Shown here in pieces: positions 26,515 to 37,476 of a DNA stretch of 64,000 nucleotides. Position numbers and translations under genes: made by a program. Source of the stretch: a virus. Lineage: Duplodnaviria; Caudoviricetes. The stretch spans positions 1 through 64,000 of the IMG/VR virus record IMGVR_UViG_3300010429_000409; one strand, given 5' to 3'. The notes under the pieces were generated by a model. The model ran no database searches. It was given only the letters and a program-made list of their open reading frames with translations, and was not told where the DNA came from. Each line of letters opens with the position of its first letter. Position 1 is the stretch's first letter.

Positions 26515-29500
26515 TTACGTGATGTCAGTCCAATATGGGATGTAGATATGGTCAGTCCCAAGCCACCAATCCAGGAACCCAGCGTTGGCATTGCCACCTG
26601 CTGGCCCGATGCTGCCGTTTGAACCTGAGCCAGATGCCGTCAGGTAGCCCAAGGACAGGAAGCCTGAAGTGCCGATTGTGGCCGAGTTGTTCATCTTGAT
26701 GTGGCCACAGTCGATGTTCGACACCCAGATTTTGGACCACCAATGGCTGGCATCACCCAGGTAGGCATCACCGCTGGAGTTCAGCGTCAAGCTGATTGGA
26801 TAGCTTGAGCTGTTGTTGAAGGTCATCTTTTCCATGTGCGTTCCATCGGTGGAACGGGTGATGGAAAAGGCAGTGACGCCAAAGCTGCCATAGTTGTCCG
26901 GAGGCAGCGCCAGGTAGAAAGTGCCCATGCTGTTGGCGATGCGCCATGCCCTGTGATCGGCCGATGCCTGGCCATCATACAGGTCAAACAAGGCAGAACC
27001 AGAGGTCAGGATGCGCGCTTCAAACCGTTCCGCAATGAACTCATGGAACCGCTTGCTGGCGGTCCCAAAGCTGTACTCCGTGGTGTCGGCATCCACAGCC
27101 GGTTCCACGTTGGTCCGGAGCGCCATGGTGTCGCTGGCTTCATTGGTGCGGCTGATCTTGATGATCTCTGTGCCAGCAGACCAGCTGTCATCCTTGGTCC
27201 AGATGCTGAAAGTGGCCCCGGCATCAATCATCCATCGGGTGTGTGAACCAGCAACCGTTCCGATGTACAATGCGCCATTCTCAATTTGCGCTTGGAGTGC
27301 CGTGATGTAATTGATGAAGCCTGTATCCCACCGCGTGCCAGTCTTGCCGAGGTCCTGGACACCATTCTGATAGGGGCAGAACGCCTGGTGGCTGCTGATG
27401 CTGTCCACGGCCGTTCCCGTCCGCTGGACGGACAGGAATACCTGCCCCAAGGCTCCGGCATCCGTCAAGGTTCTGAATTTCAGGTCCTCACCGTCTGCGA
27501 CAATGTCCCATTCCTTGTTGGTTGCCGATGCATCGGTCTCAGACAGTCTGAATTGAGGCGTGGCCCCAACGGCCCGCGCCGCCACACCAATCACCTCATT
27601 CCACGGCTTGGCGATTGAGCCAATGTCGCCAGCCGGATATGATGGGTGCGGCAGGATGCTCAGTGTCACCTGGACAGAATCCTCGGAACCGCTGTGCTCA
27701 GAACCCAAGCCAATCCTGCTGTAATCAACAGTTGCTCTGGGGTTGGTCTTGGCCTTGTGCTCCAGCACCAGCGCCGAGGTGCCAGTGTTCTCGGCATCAT
27801 TGAACGAAAACAGCCGGAGCGCATCAACGGATTGGTTGAACCTGAACTTGCGCTGATTGGCCGTCCCATCTTCAAAATGGAACCACAGCTCAGGCGCCGC
27901 TCCGCCTCCGGCAGATGCCATGCGCATGATGTTGGACCACATTCTGCGCATGAACTTGGAATCGGTGCCCAAGTCATAGTTGTTTTCCACATTGGGAGTC
28001 AGACTGGATTTCAAGTTTCCGGTCACCAACAGGTTGGTGATGCTCACATCGGTGGCCAAGTACACGTTGGTGGAAGCCAGGTACAAGCTGCCAATCGTCG
28101 TGCCGCTCCGGATGATGCGGATGGGTTGGGTGTAGCCTGTGTCCAAATCGTCATAGGCTCGCAGCGCCAATTCGTTGTTGGTCCACCCGCCCCACTTCCA
28201 ACTCTTGGCATTGGCACCTGCGTCCTTGTCCTGCAGCTCGAACACGGGCACATTGGCCTCGATGCCTCCGCCCAACTCCGATTCCGCCCAGAACCCTCCG
28301 TTGAAATTGGCACTGCCTGTCACTTCCAGGCTGGCAGCATCAACCAGCCCGGTCGTGGTCACAGTGGAGCATCCGATGTCCTCAGCGGTCATGTCCTTGC
28401 ACCGGACGGTCCCATTGACATCCAGCCAAAAACTGGCATCAGGCGCGGTGTTCATTCCGACATGTCCGGTGGTGCCATCCAACTGGATTGCCTTGGTGTT
28501 GCCCAAGGCATCGGCCTTGAACAGAACAGAGCCGAAAAACGTGTGTGAATCGGTGTTCTTGTCGCCTGCCGTCAGGTTGTCGGTCACCACCTCATCCGAA
28601 TGGACGGTTTCAACATCATGGATGGTGACCGTGCCCGTCACGTCCATGTTCCCTTCAACCTGGACATCGCCCTTGACGGTGACATCCCCATCTTCATCGA
28701 CCTTGAACACCACCTGGCTGGTTGCCAGATTGGTGACCCTGATCTGATCCTCTTCCGCCTCGCCCGTGTGCGCCTTGACATCGACCTTGAGATGCCCGTT
28801 GGTCGCCCTCCGGGCGATGTCGCTGATGTCGCTGATTCCGAACACCAGAACCATCTGCTCACTGGTGTCAAAGACAGTCGGAGGGTTCCCCGCGCCCGCG
28901 CCCGTAACTGCTCCAATGAAGCAGTATCCAGCTGCCCCACGAAGGTCAACCCCGTACTTGACAGTTGGCCCAAGCAACATGGTCATGTAGTCGCCCGGGG
29001 TGGTGGAAATGGTGGATTGCCCCAGGGCTCCGGTCGTGGTGACCTGGTTGTTCCCTCCTGTGTACACCACAGTCAGTTCTTCAACAGCAATGGCCTCCGT
29101 CAAGGCTCCAGCCGCAGGGATCACCTTCCACACCAACACCTTGCGTCCGGCCATGGACACGCCAGCTTGGGTGGCGTTGTTCACGATGAACGTGATGGTT
29201 CCATTCCCGTTGTCCGCCACGCTGTTGGGGGCAGCCGCTTCCCCGATTCCCTCTTCAAAAAACCTGTACTCAGGTGAGCCATTCCGAGGATTGATGGCGA
29301 TGCCTCTGGGCCGCTCTGCGAAGTGGAGCGCCACATGGTAGATGTTGGACAGGATGTTCTCAAACTGGATTCCCTCAACCAGCGATGATGTGGGCTGGAA
29401 CAGACGCCCGAGGCCATCCGTGGCTGGGTTGGTGTAGGTGGTCAACTTGAACTTGTTGGCCCCGTCAGCCGCCATCCCGTAACCGCTGTCAAACACGCCA

Positions 29501-29631
29501 CCATCCCGGAAGGTGCGCTGCATGGCTTCCCGGCTGATGGCGTTGAAATAGTCCAACACCCCAGTGTCCAGGTCGCTGTATCCAACCAACTTCTTGGTCG
29601 TGAGGTGAATCCGCTGAGAGCCAGTGGTCAT
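26515..29631 (-). CDS. long tail fibre protein
   Basis: 1038 aa, G/T/S/N-rich; beta-helix-like V.GD..V.G stretch; repeated P....(Y)DLG....(R)W modules; follows the baseplate genes. Confidence 0.75.
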   Translation of the reverse strand: MTTGSQRIHLTTKKLVGYSDLDTGVLDYFNAISREAMQRTFRDGGVFDSGYGMAADGANKFKLTTYTNPATDGLGRLFQPTSSLVEGIQFENILSNIYHVALHFAERPRGIAINPRNGSPEYRFFEEGIGEAAAPNSVADNGNGTITFIVNNATQAGVSMAGRKVLVWKVIPAAGALTEAIAVEELTVVYTGGNNQVTTTGALGQSTISTTPGDYMTMLLGPTVKYGVDLRGAAGYCFIGAVTGAGAGNPPTVFDTSEQMVLVFGISDISDIARRATNGHLKVDVKAHTGEAEEDQIRVTNLATSQVVFKVDEDGDVTVKGDVQVEGNMDVTGTVTIHDVETVHSDEVVTDNLTAGDKNTDSHTFFGSVLFKADALGNTKAIQLDGTTGHVGMNTAPDASFWLDVNGTVRCKDMTAEDIGCSTVTTTGLVDAASLEVTGSANFNGGFWAESELGGGIEANVPVFELQDKDAGANAKSWKWGGWTNNELALRAYDDLDTGYTQPIRIIRSGTTIGSLYLASTNVYLATDVSITNLLVTGNLKSSLTPNVENNYDLGTDSKFMRRMWSNIMRMASAGGGAAPELWFHFEDGTANQRKFRFNQSVDALRLFSFNDAENTGTSALVLEHKAKTNPRATVDYSRIGLGSEHSGSEDSVQVTLSILPHPSYPAGDIGSIAKPWNEVIGVAARAVGATPQFRLSETDASATNKEWDIVADGEDLKFRTLTDAGALGQVFLSVQRTGTAVDSISSHQAFCPYQNGVQDLGKTGTRWDTGFINYITALQAQIENGALYIGTVAGSHTRWMIDAGATFSIWTKDDSWSAGTEIIKISRTNEASDTMALRTNVEPAVDADTTEYSFGTASKRFHEFIAERFEARILTSGSALFDLYDGQASADHRAWRIANSMGTFYLALPPDNYGSFGVTAFSITRSTDGTHMEKMTFNNSSSYPISLTLNSSGDAYLGDASHWWSKIWVSNIDCGHIKMNNSATIGTSGFLSLGYLTASGSGSNGSIGPAGGNANAGFLDWWLGTDHIYIPYWTDIT

Positions 29632-29654
29632 TTCATTCCTCGCTTTCCATCAGA

Positions 29655-30914
29655 TCACGTGTTGATCTCGATGGTATCAAACTCAACTGGGAGTGGCAAC
29701 ACCTCAACTTCGGACCATTCCGCCGCAATCTCGATGTCCTTTTGGAGCGCCACACGCCCCTTTGTGTATTGCACGGAAGAGAATGAGGCAATGAAGGTGT
29801 TGTCCACGATTGCTTGCACGGTTTGGGCTCCGCCTTCCTCAAAGATGTTCATCCGCAGCGTGTACCACACATCCGGATGCAGCACCCATCCTAACGTGCT
29901 CAGGTCCACCGTGGCAAGCGGAACCTTCACAAAGCTGTCCACCCGCCCCATGACCAACTTGTTGCCCTTGACGTTCAGCTGGGCATAGTATCCCTCACCT
30001 GTCACCTCATTCCAGTACACGAACAGGCCCGCCCCGTTGTCATCAGAAGTGGCATCGTTTGTGCGCAGGCGGCACACGGCAGAGTAACCTGCCCAGTCCT
30101 CTGGGTCGGTGCCATTTGTGTGCGCATTCTCACTCCCTGCCACGTCCGTGAGCTTCCCTGCTCCACCTTCCACGATGAACGGCCCGCCTTCCCCGACATC
30201 CCACTGCGTTGTGTCCCCATCCTGTTCAAAGAGGTCCAAAAACTTCAGATACACAACCTCAAACCGTTCCCCAGCCGGGCGCATCAGGCGGAGCAAATCT
30301 TTCACCAGGACGCGCTGGTCAACTCCCGGGTCCACGATGTGGACTGTCATCCAGTTCTCAGGGCACTCACCCTCGCCCGGATAGTCAATCATGTATGGGT
30401 CGGTGCCTTCCCGTTCTTCACCCAACTCCACTTCATCCAAGATGATGCGCAGATCAAACCAGTTCCAAATCCGGAGCCTCTTGGCAAAAGCCAACCGCAG
30501 GATGTTCTCAATGCTGGTCTCAGTGCTCCTGGTTTTCCACAGCTGAGCAGAAGTAGCGATGAGGCGCCGCAGAGCCAAGTTGTCCATCTGGTCTGTGATG
30601 TGACTCAGCTGTTTGGTCCACCCAACGATGTTCTTGAAATACTGGAGCATGGCATCGGGGCAGCCAATCATGTCCCACAGCTCAGGAATGCGCAGGATGG
30701 TGTCTTGGATTTCACGCCAAAGCAGCTGTGGCCCTTCCAGGAATCGCTTGACGAACAGCCGCCCTTCGGTCTGGTCTGCATCCCTGATAGGCTTGATCAG
30801 GAAATTGTAGATTTCCAGCTCCAACCCTTCGGTTGTTGCTGCGGCCGAGTAACCCAGCACTGAGCCTCCCGAACCAGAGGCCAACGGGTTGAATGCTAGG
30901 TCACAGATCGCCAT
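29655..30914 (-). CDS. baseplate wedge protein (P2 gpI-like) with C-terminal lectin-like domain
   Basis: CPDAMLQYFKNIVGW...LRRLIA...LWKTRST...RPAGERF pattern plus a beta-sandwich C-terminus (WYTLRM...GRVAL). Confidence 0.65.
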   Translation of the reverse strand: MAICDLAFNPLASGSGGSVLGYSAAATTEGLELEIYNFLIKPIRDADQTEGRLFVKRFLEGPQLLWREIQDTILRIPELWDMIGCPDAMLQYFKNIVGWTKQLSHITDQMDNLALRRLIATSAQLWKTRSTETSIENILRLAFAKRLRIWNWFDLRIILDEVELGEEREGTDPYMIDYPGEGECPENWMTVHIVDPGVDQRVLVKDLLRLMRPAGERFEVVYLKFLDLFEQDGDTTQWDVGEGGPFIVEGGAGKLTDVAGSENAHTNGTDPEDWAGYSAVCRLRTNDATSDDNGAGLFVYWNEVTGEGYYAQLNVKGNKLVMGRVDSFVKVPLATVDLSTLGWVLHPDVWYTLRMNIFEEGGAQTVQAIVDNTFIASFSSVQYTKGRVALQKDIEIAAEWSEVEVLPLPVEFDTIEINT

Positions 30915-30926
30915 CCCTTCCTCCTG

Positions 30927-32159
30927 CTATGCGCTCACTGCCAACGTGTACAACAGGCCGGACACCTGCTCAGAGGTCTGAAGCCTGACCCTGGCCCCGT
31001 CCACTTCCACCACCGCCAGGACTGACAGCCCGTTGTCGAACACGTATTTGTCTTTGTTCCGGAGGTCCGCATTGTCACGCATGTTCTCATCAAAGAACAC
31101 GTCCATCATCGTGGCAGACACAGCCTTCACAGAAGATACGATTGGGCTGATGCCCAAACCATCGAAAGTCACATGATTGAATTCGGAAGAAATGTGGTTG
31201 CCCCAACGGTCCTGAAGGGATGTGCTCACCTCAGCCGTGTATTCGGCCATGTTGGTCATCTCAGAAGTCTCAATGTCCACGTAGTATGGGAACAACTCGT
31301 TGGGCGTTCTGATCTGAGCAAAGTACAATGGCGCTGCCCCCGGGGATGGCGTGAAGCTGTAGCTTGCTGGATTGACCAAGTCAGCATTCTTCAGCATGGG
31401 CTTGTTGAACCACAGCCGGAGCTTCTTGTTGTTGACGGTGTCCACATGATCCAACTTGGTCTGTTGGGCTACGCCATCAAACACAGCTGAGTTGTATGGC
31501 GGATCGTCAATCTCGTTGCCTGCCAGGTCCTTGACGTTCCACACGCTGACGGTGTATTCCATCCCCACAGACAGCGCGGCGCTCAACCACACTTCCACCC
31601 GATCCACACCTTTGATCTGGATGGATTCCGCTGCCACCGGGTTGGCCCCAACTTCGCCCAAGAAAGTGTAGTTGGCCGGATTGGTGAACTCCGAATTGAT
31701 GAGCATGGCTTCATCGAAAATGACACGCACCACCACGCCGTCGATGGCCTCCGCTGACTGCACCCTTGGGCTGTAGCCAAAGCCATCAAACGTCATGCTC
31801 TTGTATTCGGGGTCAATCACCTGCATGCCAAAGATGCCTTTGGCATTCTCAACCGTCAGACGGTACAAGCACCCCTTGGTCATCTCACGGTTGAGCGTGA
31901 TGTTGACCACGGTCGGAGCTTCCTGGTGTATGGTGATGCTGACAGCTGATAGGCTCACACCAACTCCGATGGTGGTGAAAGTGTAGTTGGCCGGATTGAG
32001 CACATCATCCGCCTCCGCCGGATTCTCGTGCTTCATTTCCTGGTCAAAATACACCCTGATGGTTGTGTCATCAGGGGCCAAGATCATGGTCATCTTGGGT
32101 CGGCCGGGCGCTCCGGTTGAGCCGATCTCAAAGACTGATGCTTGCCCTCTTTCAGTCAT
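30927..32159 (-). CDS. virion protein with four Ig-like repeats
   Basis: Four repeats of (R/D)V.F...M......NP..Y.F...Y...V. Confidence 0.7.
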   Translation of the reverse strand: MTERGQASVFEIGSTGAPGRPKMTMILAPDDTTIRVYFDQEMKHENPAEADDVLNPANYTFTTIGVGVSLSAVSITIHQEAPTVVNITLNREMTKGCLYRLTVENAKGIFGMQVIDPEYKSMTFDGFGYSPRVQSAEAIDGVVVRVIFDEAMLINSEFTNPANYTFLGEVGANPVAAESIQIKGVDRVEVWLSAALSVGMEYTVSVWNVKDLAGNEIDDPPYNSAVFDGVAQQTKLDHVDTVNNKKLRLWFNKPMLKNADLVNPASYSFTPSPGAAPLYFAQIRTPNELFPYYVDIETSEMTNMAEYTAEVSTSLQDRWGNHISSEFNHVTFDGLGISPIVSSVKAVSATMMDVFFDENMRDNADLRNKDKYVFDNGLSVLAVVEVDGARVRLQTSEQVSGLLYTLAVSA

Positions 32160-32160
32160 A

Positions 32161-33063
32161 TCAACCGCGCCTCCGGACCTTCAAGGTGTTTGCAACACCC
32201 TGGTTCAAGCTGGCTGGGGCCACCTCGGGAATCAGAGGCCCGCAGCACTTGAACCCTTCGGGAACCTCAAAGATGCCAGCCGCTCCAATGGCAATCGAAT
32301 TGGGCGCCTGCTCAGGTTCCACAGCGCCCGGCAGGCTGATTTTGGAAAACAGCTCAACCAACTCTTTTGCAGAGGCAACGCCCCTGTCCAAATTCTCGTA
32401 TGACAACCCGCCTCCAGCTGCAAACAGGTCCAGCACCTCGGCATCTGACAGCGCCCGCTTCCAAATGCCAACTTCATCCAGCGTGCCATAGAACCAGTCT
32501 GCGCCCGGAGTCAGAACGCCATTGGCACATCGTGCTCCAAACAACACAGGCATCGCTGCGCTGGAATCTATTGTCCCCGAGGCTGCCACAGGTGTCGCCG
32601 CAGGCGCCCCATCCTTGTACAACCGAAGGTATGAGCCATCAAATGTTGCCACATAGTGGTGCCAAGCGGATGCCCCGGAGGCATCTTCAGTGATGGTGTA
32701 CACAACTCCGCCAACCTTGGCCACAAACTGCATCTTGTATGGGGAAGATGATGACAGTTCCAATGACCATTGGATTGTTGTGTTATTGCGCTTGGCAATC
32801 ACCTTCCTGGAAGCATAGCTGGGGTTGAACTTCACCCACGCTGAAATGCTGAGCAGCGTCATCTCGAAATCAACATGGGTTCCCAAGGTGATGTAGTCAT
32901 TCGATGAGTCAAAGGTGTAACCCTGGCCAATCTTCCCGTCGTTGGTGACAGTTGGACCATTCACGGTTCCGTTGTGGCCATCATGGGCATCATTGCCATC
33001 TCCATCCAGCCTCCAATATGAGACCAGATCGGTTGGCAGCGTTGCATGATTCTTGATGTCCAC
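32161..33063 (-). CDS. LamG/concanavalin A-like domain virion protein
   Basis: LVSYWRLDG, SISAWVK, WHHYVATFDG, LYKDG and GTLDEVGIWKRALS; start placed at the GTG after GGAGGA. Confidence 0.88.
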   Translation of the reverse strand: MDIKNHATLPTDLVSYWRLDGDGNDAHDGHNGTVNGPTVTNDGKIGQGYTFDSSNDYITLGTHVDFEMTLLSISAWVKFNPSYASRKVIAKRNNTTIQWSLELSSSSPYKMQFVAKVGGVVYTITEDASGASAWHHYVATFDGSYLRLYKDGAPAATPVAASGTIDSSAAMPVLFGARCANGVLTPGADWFYGTLDEVGIWKRALSDAEVLDLFAAGGGLSYENLDRGVASAKELVELFSKISLPGAVEPEQAPNSIAIGAAGIFEVPEGFKCCGPLIPEVAPASLNQGVANTLKVRRRG

Positions 33064-33095
33064 CGGGCTTCCTCCCGCCACTTCTCAGTTCATCA

Positions 33096-34925
33096 TCACG
33101 GCCAAATCTCAGGCCCCATCAGGATGTGCGTGGGTGCAGACGCCTGCGTCAGCACTCTGAAGGTCTTGTAGGCGCCCTCCCACACAGCTTTCATCGTGTC
33201 CTCCATCACAGCGCCTCCCGGAGCAGCCGCAGGGAATGCCCAAATCAGCGGCACCACACCCTTCAGCGTGTAGAACCTTCCAAACACGCTGTATGTCGGT
33301 TCAGACCCAGAGGCTTGGGCAAAACCAATGCACCACCGCTTCAGCGGGAATTGGTCTGTCTGCCTGTTCTTGTTGGTCAAGGTGCACGAGTCGTCACCCA
33401 TGTCGAGGTCTGGCGTGCCTTGCTCGTACAGATAGCTGTTCCAATAGTAGTTGTATGGTGTCTGAGGCGCACCGTTTGTGTGGTATGCACGAGCAAACTG
33501 CCGGAAGGAAGCGTGGCTGCCCAAATCTTCCTTCTTGCACGGGAGGTAGCACTGCACCCACACCTGGCTGTGCAGCATTGCCACCGGAGCACCGCTATTG
33601 TATCCCATGCGAATGGCTGGTCTTGGATCTTCCCCGATCACAGCCCCGCTCTTGAAGCTGTACTTCAGCACAGGCGAGAATGTGATCGTGCCTGTGCCGA
33701 TGGTCTCCACGATGATTTCCTGCGTCGGGATTTCCTCTGCATCCAATACAGGGAATGGTGCATCAGGCGTCTTGTTGGGGTCCCAATCCAGGTGTGACTG
33801 GCTGATGACCCTGTATTTCTGCCCAACACAGAACAGGTCTGTGTTGTTGACGCTGAACTCGTCATCACCCTTGGCCGCATCGGCCGTGGTCACCGCATTC
33901 AGCGGATTGGCATATGGGATGACGTTGCCAAAGTAAAAGGGCACGCTGTTGGTCTGCTTCACGTACAGCGCCACGCCATCCTTGCAGCCATACATGTACA
34001 CCACCATCCCGGCTGATGGCGTGTAGTTGTCCATGTACAAGGTGCCCAGATTCCGGGTTGAGCTGGTGCCAGGAACAAAGCGCCTGCTGAAGCCAGGCAG
34101 GAAGCCTCCGCCCAATACACGCACGTGTTTGGCGCCCGGGGTGTTCTTGAAAGGCTGGAAGGTGAGTGAACCGCTGGCCCCGCCATCGCTGTAGTCGATG
34201 CACCAACGCATCTTGGCGTGCTCAGGCCCAGGAACACTCGGGCCACCACCGTCCGGGTCCCACACCTGGACCAGCGTGTGCCAGTTGAACCTGTCGTTGG
34301 TGTATCCACCAAGGCCACTCACTCCGCTGGTGGAAGTCTTGCCAACGCTCCAGGTCACCGTTCCGCTGGAGGCTGCGATGGGGTGGCTGTCCTCTGGGTC
34401 ACCCATGTCCCGCACCGCAAACACTTCGGCACAGAACGGATAGACCACATTGCCAGTTACCTTGTAGCAGTGCTGCACCACCTTCCCGGAATCGTGCGCC
34501 ACCTTGGTCGTGCCGCAAGCGCCTCGGGTGCACGCATTCAGGCTGTTCCCCGGGATGTCCACAGTGCCCACAATGATCATCTCATTTTGGACACGGACAT
34601 AATCACCAGCCGTGTAAGCGGAGGCATCCTGGACAGGCAGCGAGGTGTCCGTGTCCGTGACTCCGGCTGACAGGTAGGTGCAATCAGCAAACTCCTGGCC
34701 ATCTCTTCCTGTGTTCAGCCCGAGGTGGACCTTGATGTCATCCGTCCCATTCTCGCCAGTTGACTTCAAGAACCAACCCAGCATCAGTCCATCATCGTCA
34801 TCCTGGGCAGCCGGGTCTGTGGATGGCCCTTCCAGAGTCCATCCGCACGCCAACATGAAGTCCTTGACTTCGGTGACCAGATGGCTCGCTGAAGCCACCG
34901 TCACTGCCTTGCCCTTGTATGCCAT
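33096..34925 (-). CDS. baseplate-associated structural protein / short fibre
   Basis: 609 aa, between baseplate J and the LamG gene; contains a V.NE.I......TRG..GT...H beta module. Confidence 0.55.
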   Translation of the reverse strand: MAYKGKAVTVASASHLVTEVKDFMLACGWTLEGPSTDPAAQDDDDGLMLGWFLKSTGENGTDDIKVHLGLNTGRDGQEFADCTYLSAGVTDTDTSLPVQDASAYTAGDYVRVQNEMIIVGTVDIPGNSLNACTRGACGTTKVAHDSGKVVQHCYKVTGNVVYPFCAEVFAVRDMGDPEDSHPIAASSGTVTWSVGKTSTSGVSGLGGYTNDRFNWHTLVQVWDPDGGGPSVPGPEHAKMRWCIDYSDGGASGSLTFQPFKNTPGAKHVRVLGGGFLPGFSRRFVPGTSSTRNLGTLYMDNYTPSAGMVVYMYGCKDGVALYVKQTNSVPFYFGNVIPYANPLNAVTTADAAKGDDEFSVNNTDLFCVGQKYRVISQSHLDWDPNKTPDAPFPVLDAEEIPTQEIIVETIGTGTITFSPVLKYSFKSGAVIGEDPRPAIRMGYNSGAPVAMLHSQVWVQCYLPCKKEDLGSHASFRQFARAYHTNGAPQTPYNYYWNSYLYEQGTPDLDMGDDSCTLTNKNRQTDQFPLKRWCIGFAQASGSEPTYSVFGRFYTLKGVVPLIWAFPAAAPGGAVMEDTMKAVWEGAYKTFRVLTQASAPTHILMGPEIWP

Positions 34926-34939
34926 GACTTGTTCCTCCG

Positions 34940-37096
34940 CTAGATTTCGATGATGTTCAGGCTCACAGTGCCCAGCGCAGGCAACTCCCGCGCTGCCAAC
35001 CCAACATCCGCACTGGGAGCAGTGAGTTCAACCTTGGTGATGGCGTCCGATACACTGAAAATCTCGTGGATGATTCTGGACAGCGGCACCTCGCCGCCAA
35101 AATCCCATTCCCACGTCACGCCATCTTCTTGCAGCGCCTCCGGCTGGATGACAGCCGCCAACTGATTCTCCACGCTTTCAGTCTCCACCGTCTGGGTCAC
35201 ATAGATGGTAGCCTGGATGTCAATCACCTTCTTGGTGTAATTGGTCGGGATGACCTCTTGGTTGGCCACAACCCGTTTGGGCTCCGGAGGGTGCGCATTC
35301 TGATCCCCATTGAAGTACAACTCCAGCGCCTGCAACTGGTCAGCTGTTGCCGCGTTGCCGCCCTTGGCCACCACGCACAACTCCATGGTCTTGGGGCCAT
35401 AGCCCTCTTCAAACACCCTGCTGCGGGCGAATGGTTTGGAGCCGTTGTCATCGGTGAACTCGGCCGTCATGATCTCCAGATCGGCCGGGCCAATGGCTGT
35501 CTCACGGGTGCGCAGCGAAGCAGGCCCTGCGATCTTGGCCCGTTCCAGGCTTTCTTCTGTGGCACCCTCGGCCTCCGCCCATCCGGCTGCTGCCCGAGGG
35601 TTCCACAGCCGGTTGATGTAGGTCAGGCCCGTCTTGTCCAACATGATGGTGTTGGCACCCAGGTTCCCGTCGTTGTCGCCGCCATATCTGTACACGATGG
35701 CGATGTTGTTCAATGCCGCAGGCGGAATCTTCCCGGCCGTGCCATCACCGAAAACGATTGAGGCCCGGTCAGACTGTCCAAGCACCACCCGATAGTGGCG
35801 GTCAGTTGGCTTGGATTCCAGGAAGTTGGACACCCTGAGCCACTCATCGCCATCAACCGTCAAGGTCTCAGATTCAGCAATGAAATAGTCCTTGGCCGTG
35901 ATGAACTCTTGGTTGGGGCTGCCATCGGATGATCCAAGCACCTCCCGAAAAGTCCTGCCCTGAACCGCTGTGGCAAACACGTACTGTTTGCCTTGATCCA
36001 TGCGCCCGTATTCCATTGTGGGTGCGGTCGGTGACAGCGCCTCGGTGATACGATAGCGCAGCCAATAGGCTTCCACCCCGTTCACAGCGCCCTTGATCCA
36101 GTTCCGGGTGACCGACTGCGGCAGGGCAAACTCCACACCGCCAGTCTGCTGAAGCTGATTGGTCCCATCAGTGCACTCCAACTCTTCCCAATCGCTTCCG
36201 ATGGTGTAGTCAGTCTCAACCAATGATGGGGAGGTCTGCCCGAGGTAGCCTGTGGTCAGGATGTAGTTGTCTGTGCCATCCCACAGGCTGACCAAGTCCT
36301 CATAGGCAGTTGTTTCGTTGTACTGCGCCCTGATCCTGGTTCCCTGCCTGTTGGTGTTCCCGAGGTAGTTGTTGAGGTTCATCCGCAGCTTGCCGCCGGT
36401 CGCCAATTCCACAGTCTCAGGATTGGTCTTGCGCCACTCACCATCATAGTATTCCCACACCCCGATGATGTTGGCTGCGGCCACGGTGAGCCACACCCCC
36501 AGCTTGTTCCACATCACATCCTGGTGCCCCCAGTACAACTCATCACCAGCAGCCGGAGTCGCCCATGGTTGGAAGGTTCCGCCCGGGGTGTTCATGTCCA
36601 CAGTGCGATCTGTGAACGCCCCATCTTCCTTTGAAAATGCCTTGCTGAATTGGTCAGTCCTGATGATGTCCAATGCCTCCAACACCTCAAAGTACACCAC
36701 AGGGTTGGAGCCTTCCCGCCGATTGGACATTTGGGCACGTTCTGGAATCAGAGCCTCATAGGGTGCCGTGAACACCTTGGCCAGCTCAAACACCATCTCA
36801 GCGGAGGATGGGCTGGCAGGGCTCATTTCGTACCCAATCAGCCGCAGCATGTTGCGCACAGTCTCAGTCAATTTGGCCGTGGGCAGTGTGCACTCATTGG
36901 CCACCAGGTCGATGAGCACGTTGTTCTCGTGCCCGACCAAGGCAAACGCTCTCAACAGCTGGATGAAAGGGTCATAGGCGCTCTCATCGGTGTGCTCAGG
37001 CACATTCTGCCGCTTGTACTCAATCAGCCGCTCCAACAGCTGAGGGTAGTAAAAGCCTGAGAAATCAAAATCCGGGATGGTGATGCGCGTGGCCAT
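34940..37096 (-). CDS. baseplate J-like wedge protein
   Basis: DPFIQLL...LIGYEM.PA..S, GSSDGSPNQEF, IVFGDG..GKIP, YRYGG...GN and ESLE.AK...P.SLRT.E.A...D. Confidence 0.88.
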   Translation of the reverse strand: MATRITIPDFDFSGFYYPQLLERLIEYKRQNVPEHTDESAYDPFIQLLRAFALVGHENNVLIDLVANECTLPTAKLTETVRNMLRLIGYEMSPASPSSAEMVFELAKVFTAPYEALIPERAQMSNRREGSNPVVYFEVLEALDIIRTDQFSKAFSKEDGAFTDRTVDMNTPGGTFQPWATPAAGDELYWGHQDVMWNKLGVWLTVAAANIIGVWEYYDGEWRKTNPETVELATGGKLRMNLNNYLGNTNRQGTRIRAQYNETTAYEDLVSLWDGTDNYILTTGYLGQTSPSLVETDYTIGSDWEELECTDGTNQLQQTGGVEFALPQSVTRNWIKGAVNGVEAYWLRYRITEALSPTAPTMEYGRMDQGKQYVFATAVQGRTFREVLGSSDGSPNQEFITAKDYFIAESETLTVDGDEWLRVSNFLESKPTDRHYRVVLGQSDRASIVFGDGTAGKIPPAALNNIAIVYRYGGDNDGNLGANTIMLDKTGLTYINRLWNPRAAAGWAEAEGATEESLERAKIAGPASLRTRETAIGPADLEIMTAEFTDDNGSKPFARSRVFEEGYGPKTMELCVVAKGGNAATADQLQALELYFNGDQNAHPPEPKRVVANQEVIPTNYTKKVIDIQATIYVTQTVETESVENQLAAVIQPEALQEDGVTWEWDFGGEVPLSRIIHEIFSVSDAITKVELTAPSADVGLAARELPALGTVSLNIIEI

Positions 37097-37107
37097 CTCA
37101 ACCTCGT

Positions 37108-37476
37108 TCAAAACACCCGTTTGAACTCGGATGTCTCATCAGTCTCAAGGTCCAAATACTTGAATTCCAACGCCATGGAGCCTTCCTCTGGGCTCTCAGT
37201 CCACTTGATGGTGTCGCGCATCAGCTTGTATTTGTGGTTGGCCTCGAAATCATCAAAGATGGCGTACAGCTTGCGCAGCACCTTCTGCCTGCTCCTGCTG
37301 TCGTTGATGTCAAACACGATGTCACTGCCCAACCCGAGGTCCTGCTGAAAGGCATTCTCGTTGTCGCAGTCAGATAGGGCAACAGAGATCAACTTGCGGT
37401 CGTTGTCTTCACCATCGACCAGCGCCGCTCCGCCGCTCCCATCAACACCCACAGGTATTGCAATGCCTTTCGTCAT
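37108..37476 (-). CDS. gp25/GPW-like baseplate protein
   Basis: About 122 aa directly before baseplate J; LG..IVFDIND motif. Confidence 0.65.
   Translation of the reverse strand: MTKGIAIPVGVDGSGGAALVDGEDNDRKLISVALSDCDNENAFQQDLGLGSDIVFDINDSRSRQKVLRKLYAIFDDFEANHKYKLMRDTIKWTESPEEGSMALEFKYLDLETDETSEFKRVF

Noticed and set aside
33082-33096. In-frame ATG ATG AAC TGA before the LamG gene, suggesting stop recoding
   Set aside because: A better GGAGGA-GTG start exists at 33063, and genes elsewhere read normally with the standard code.
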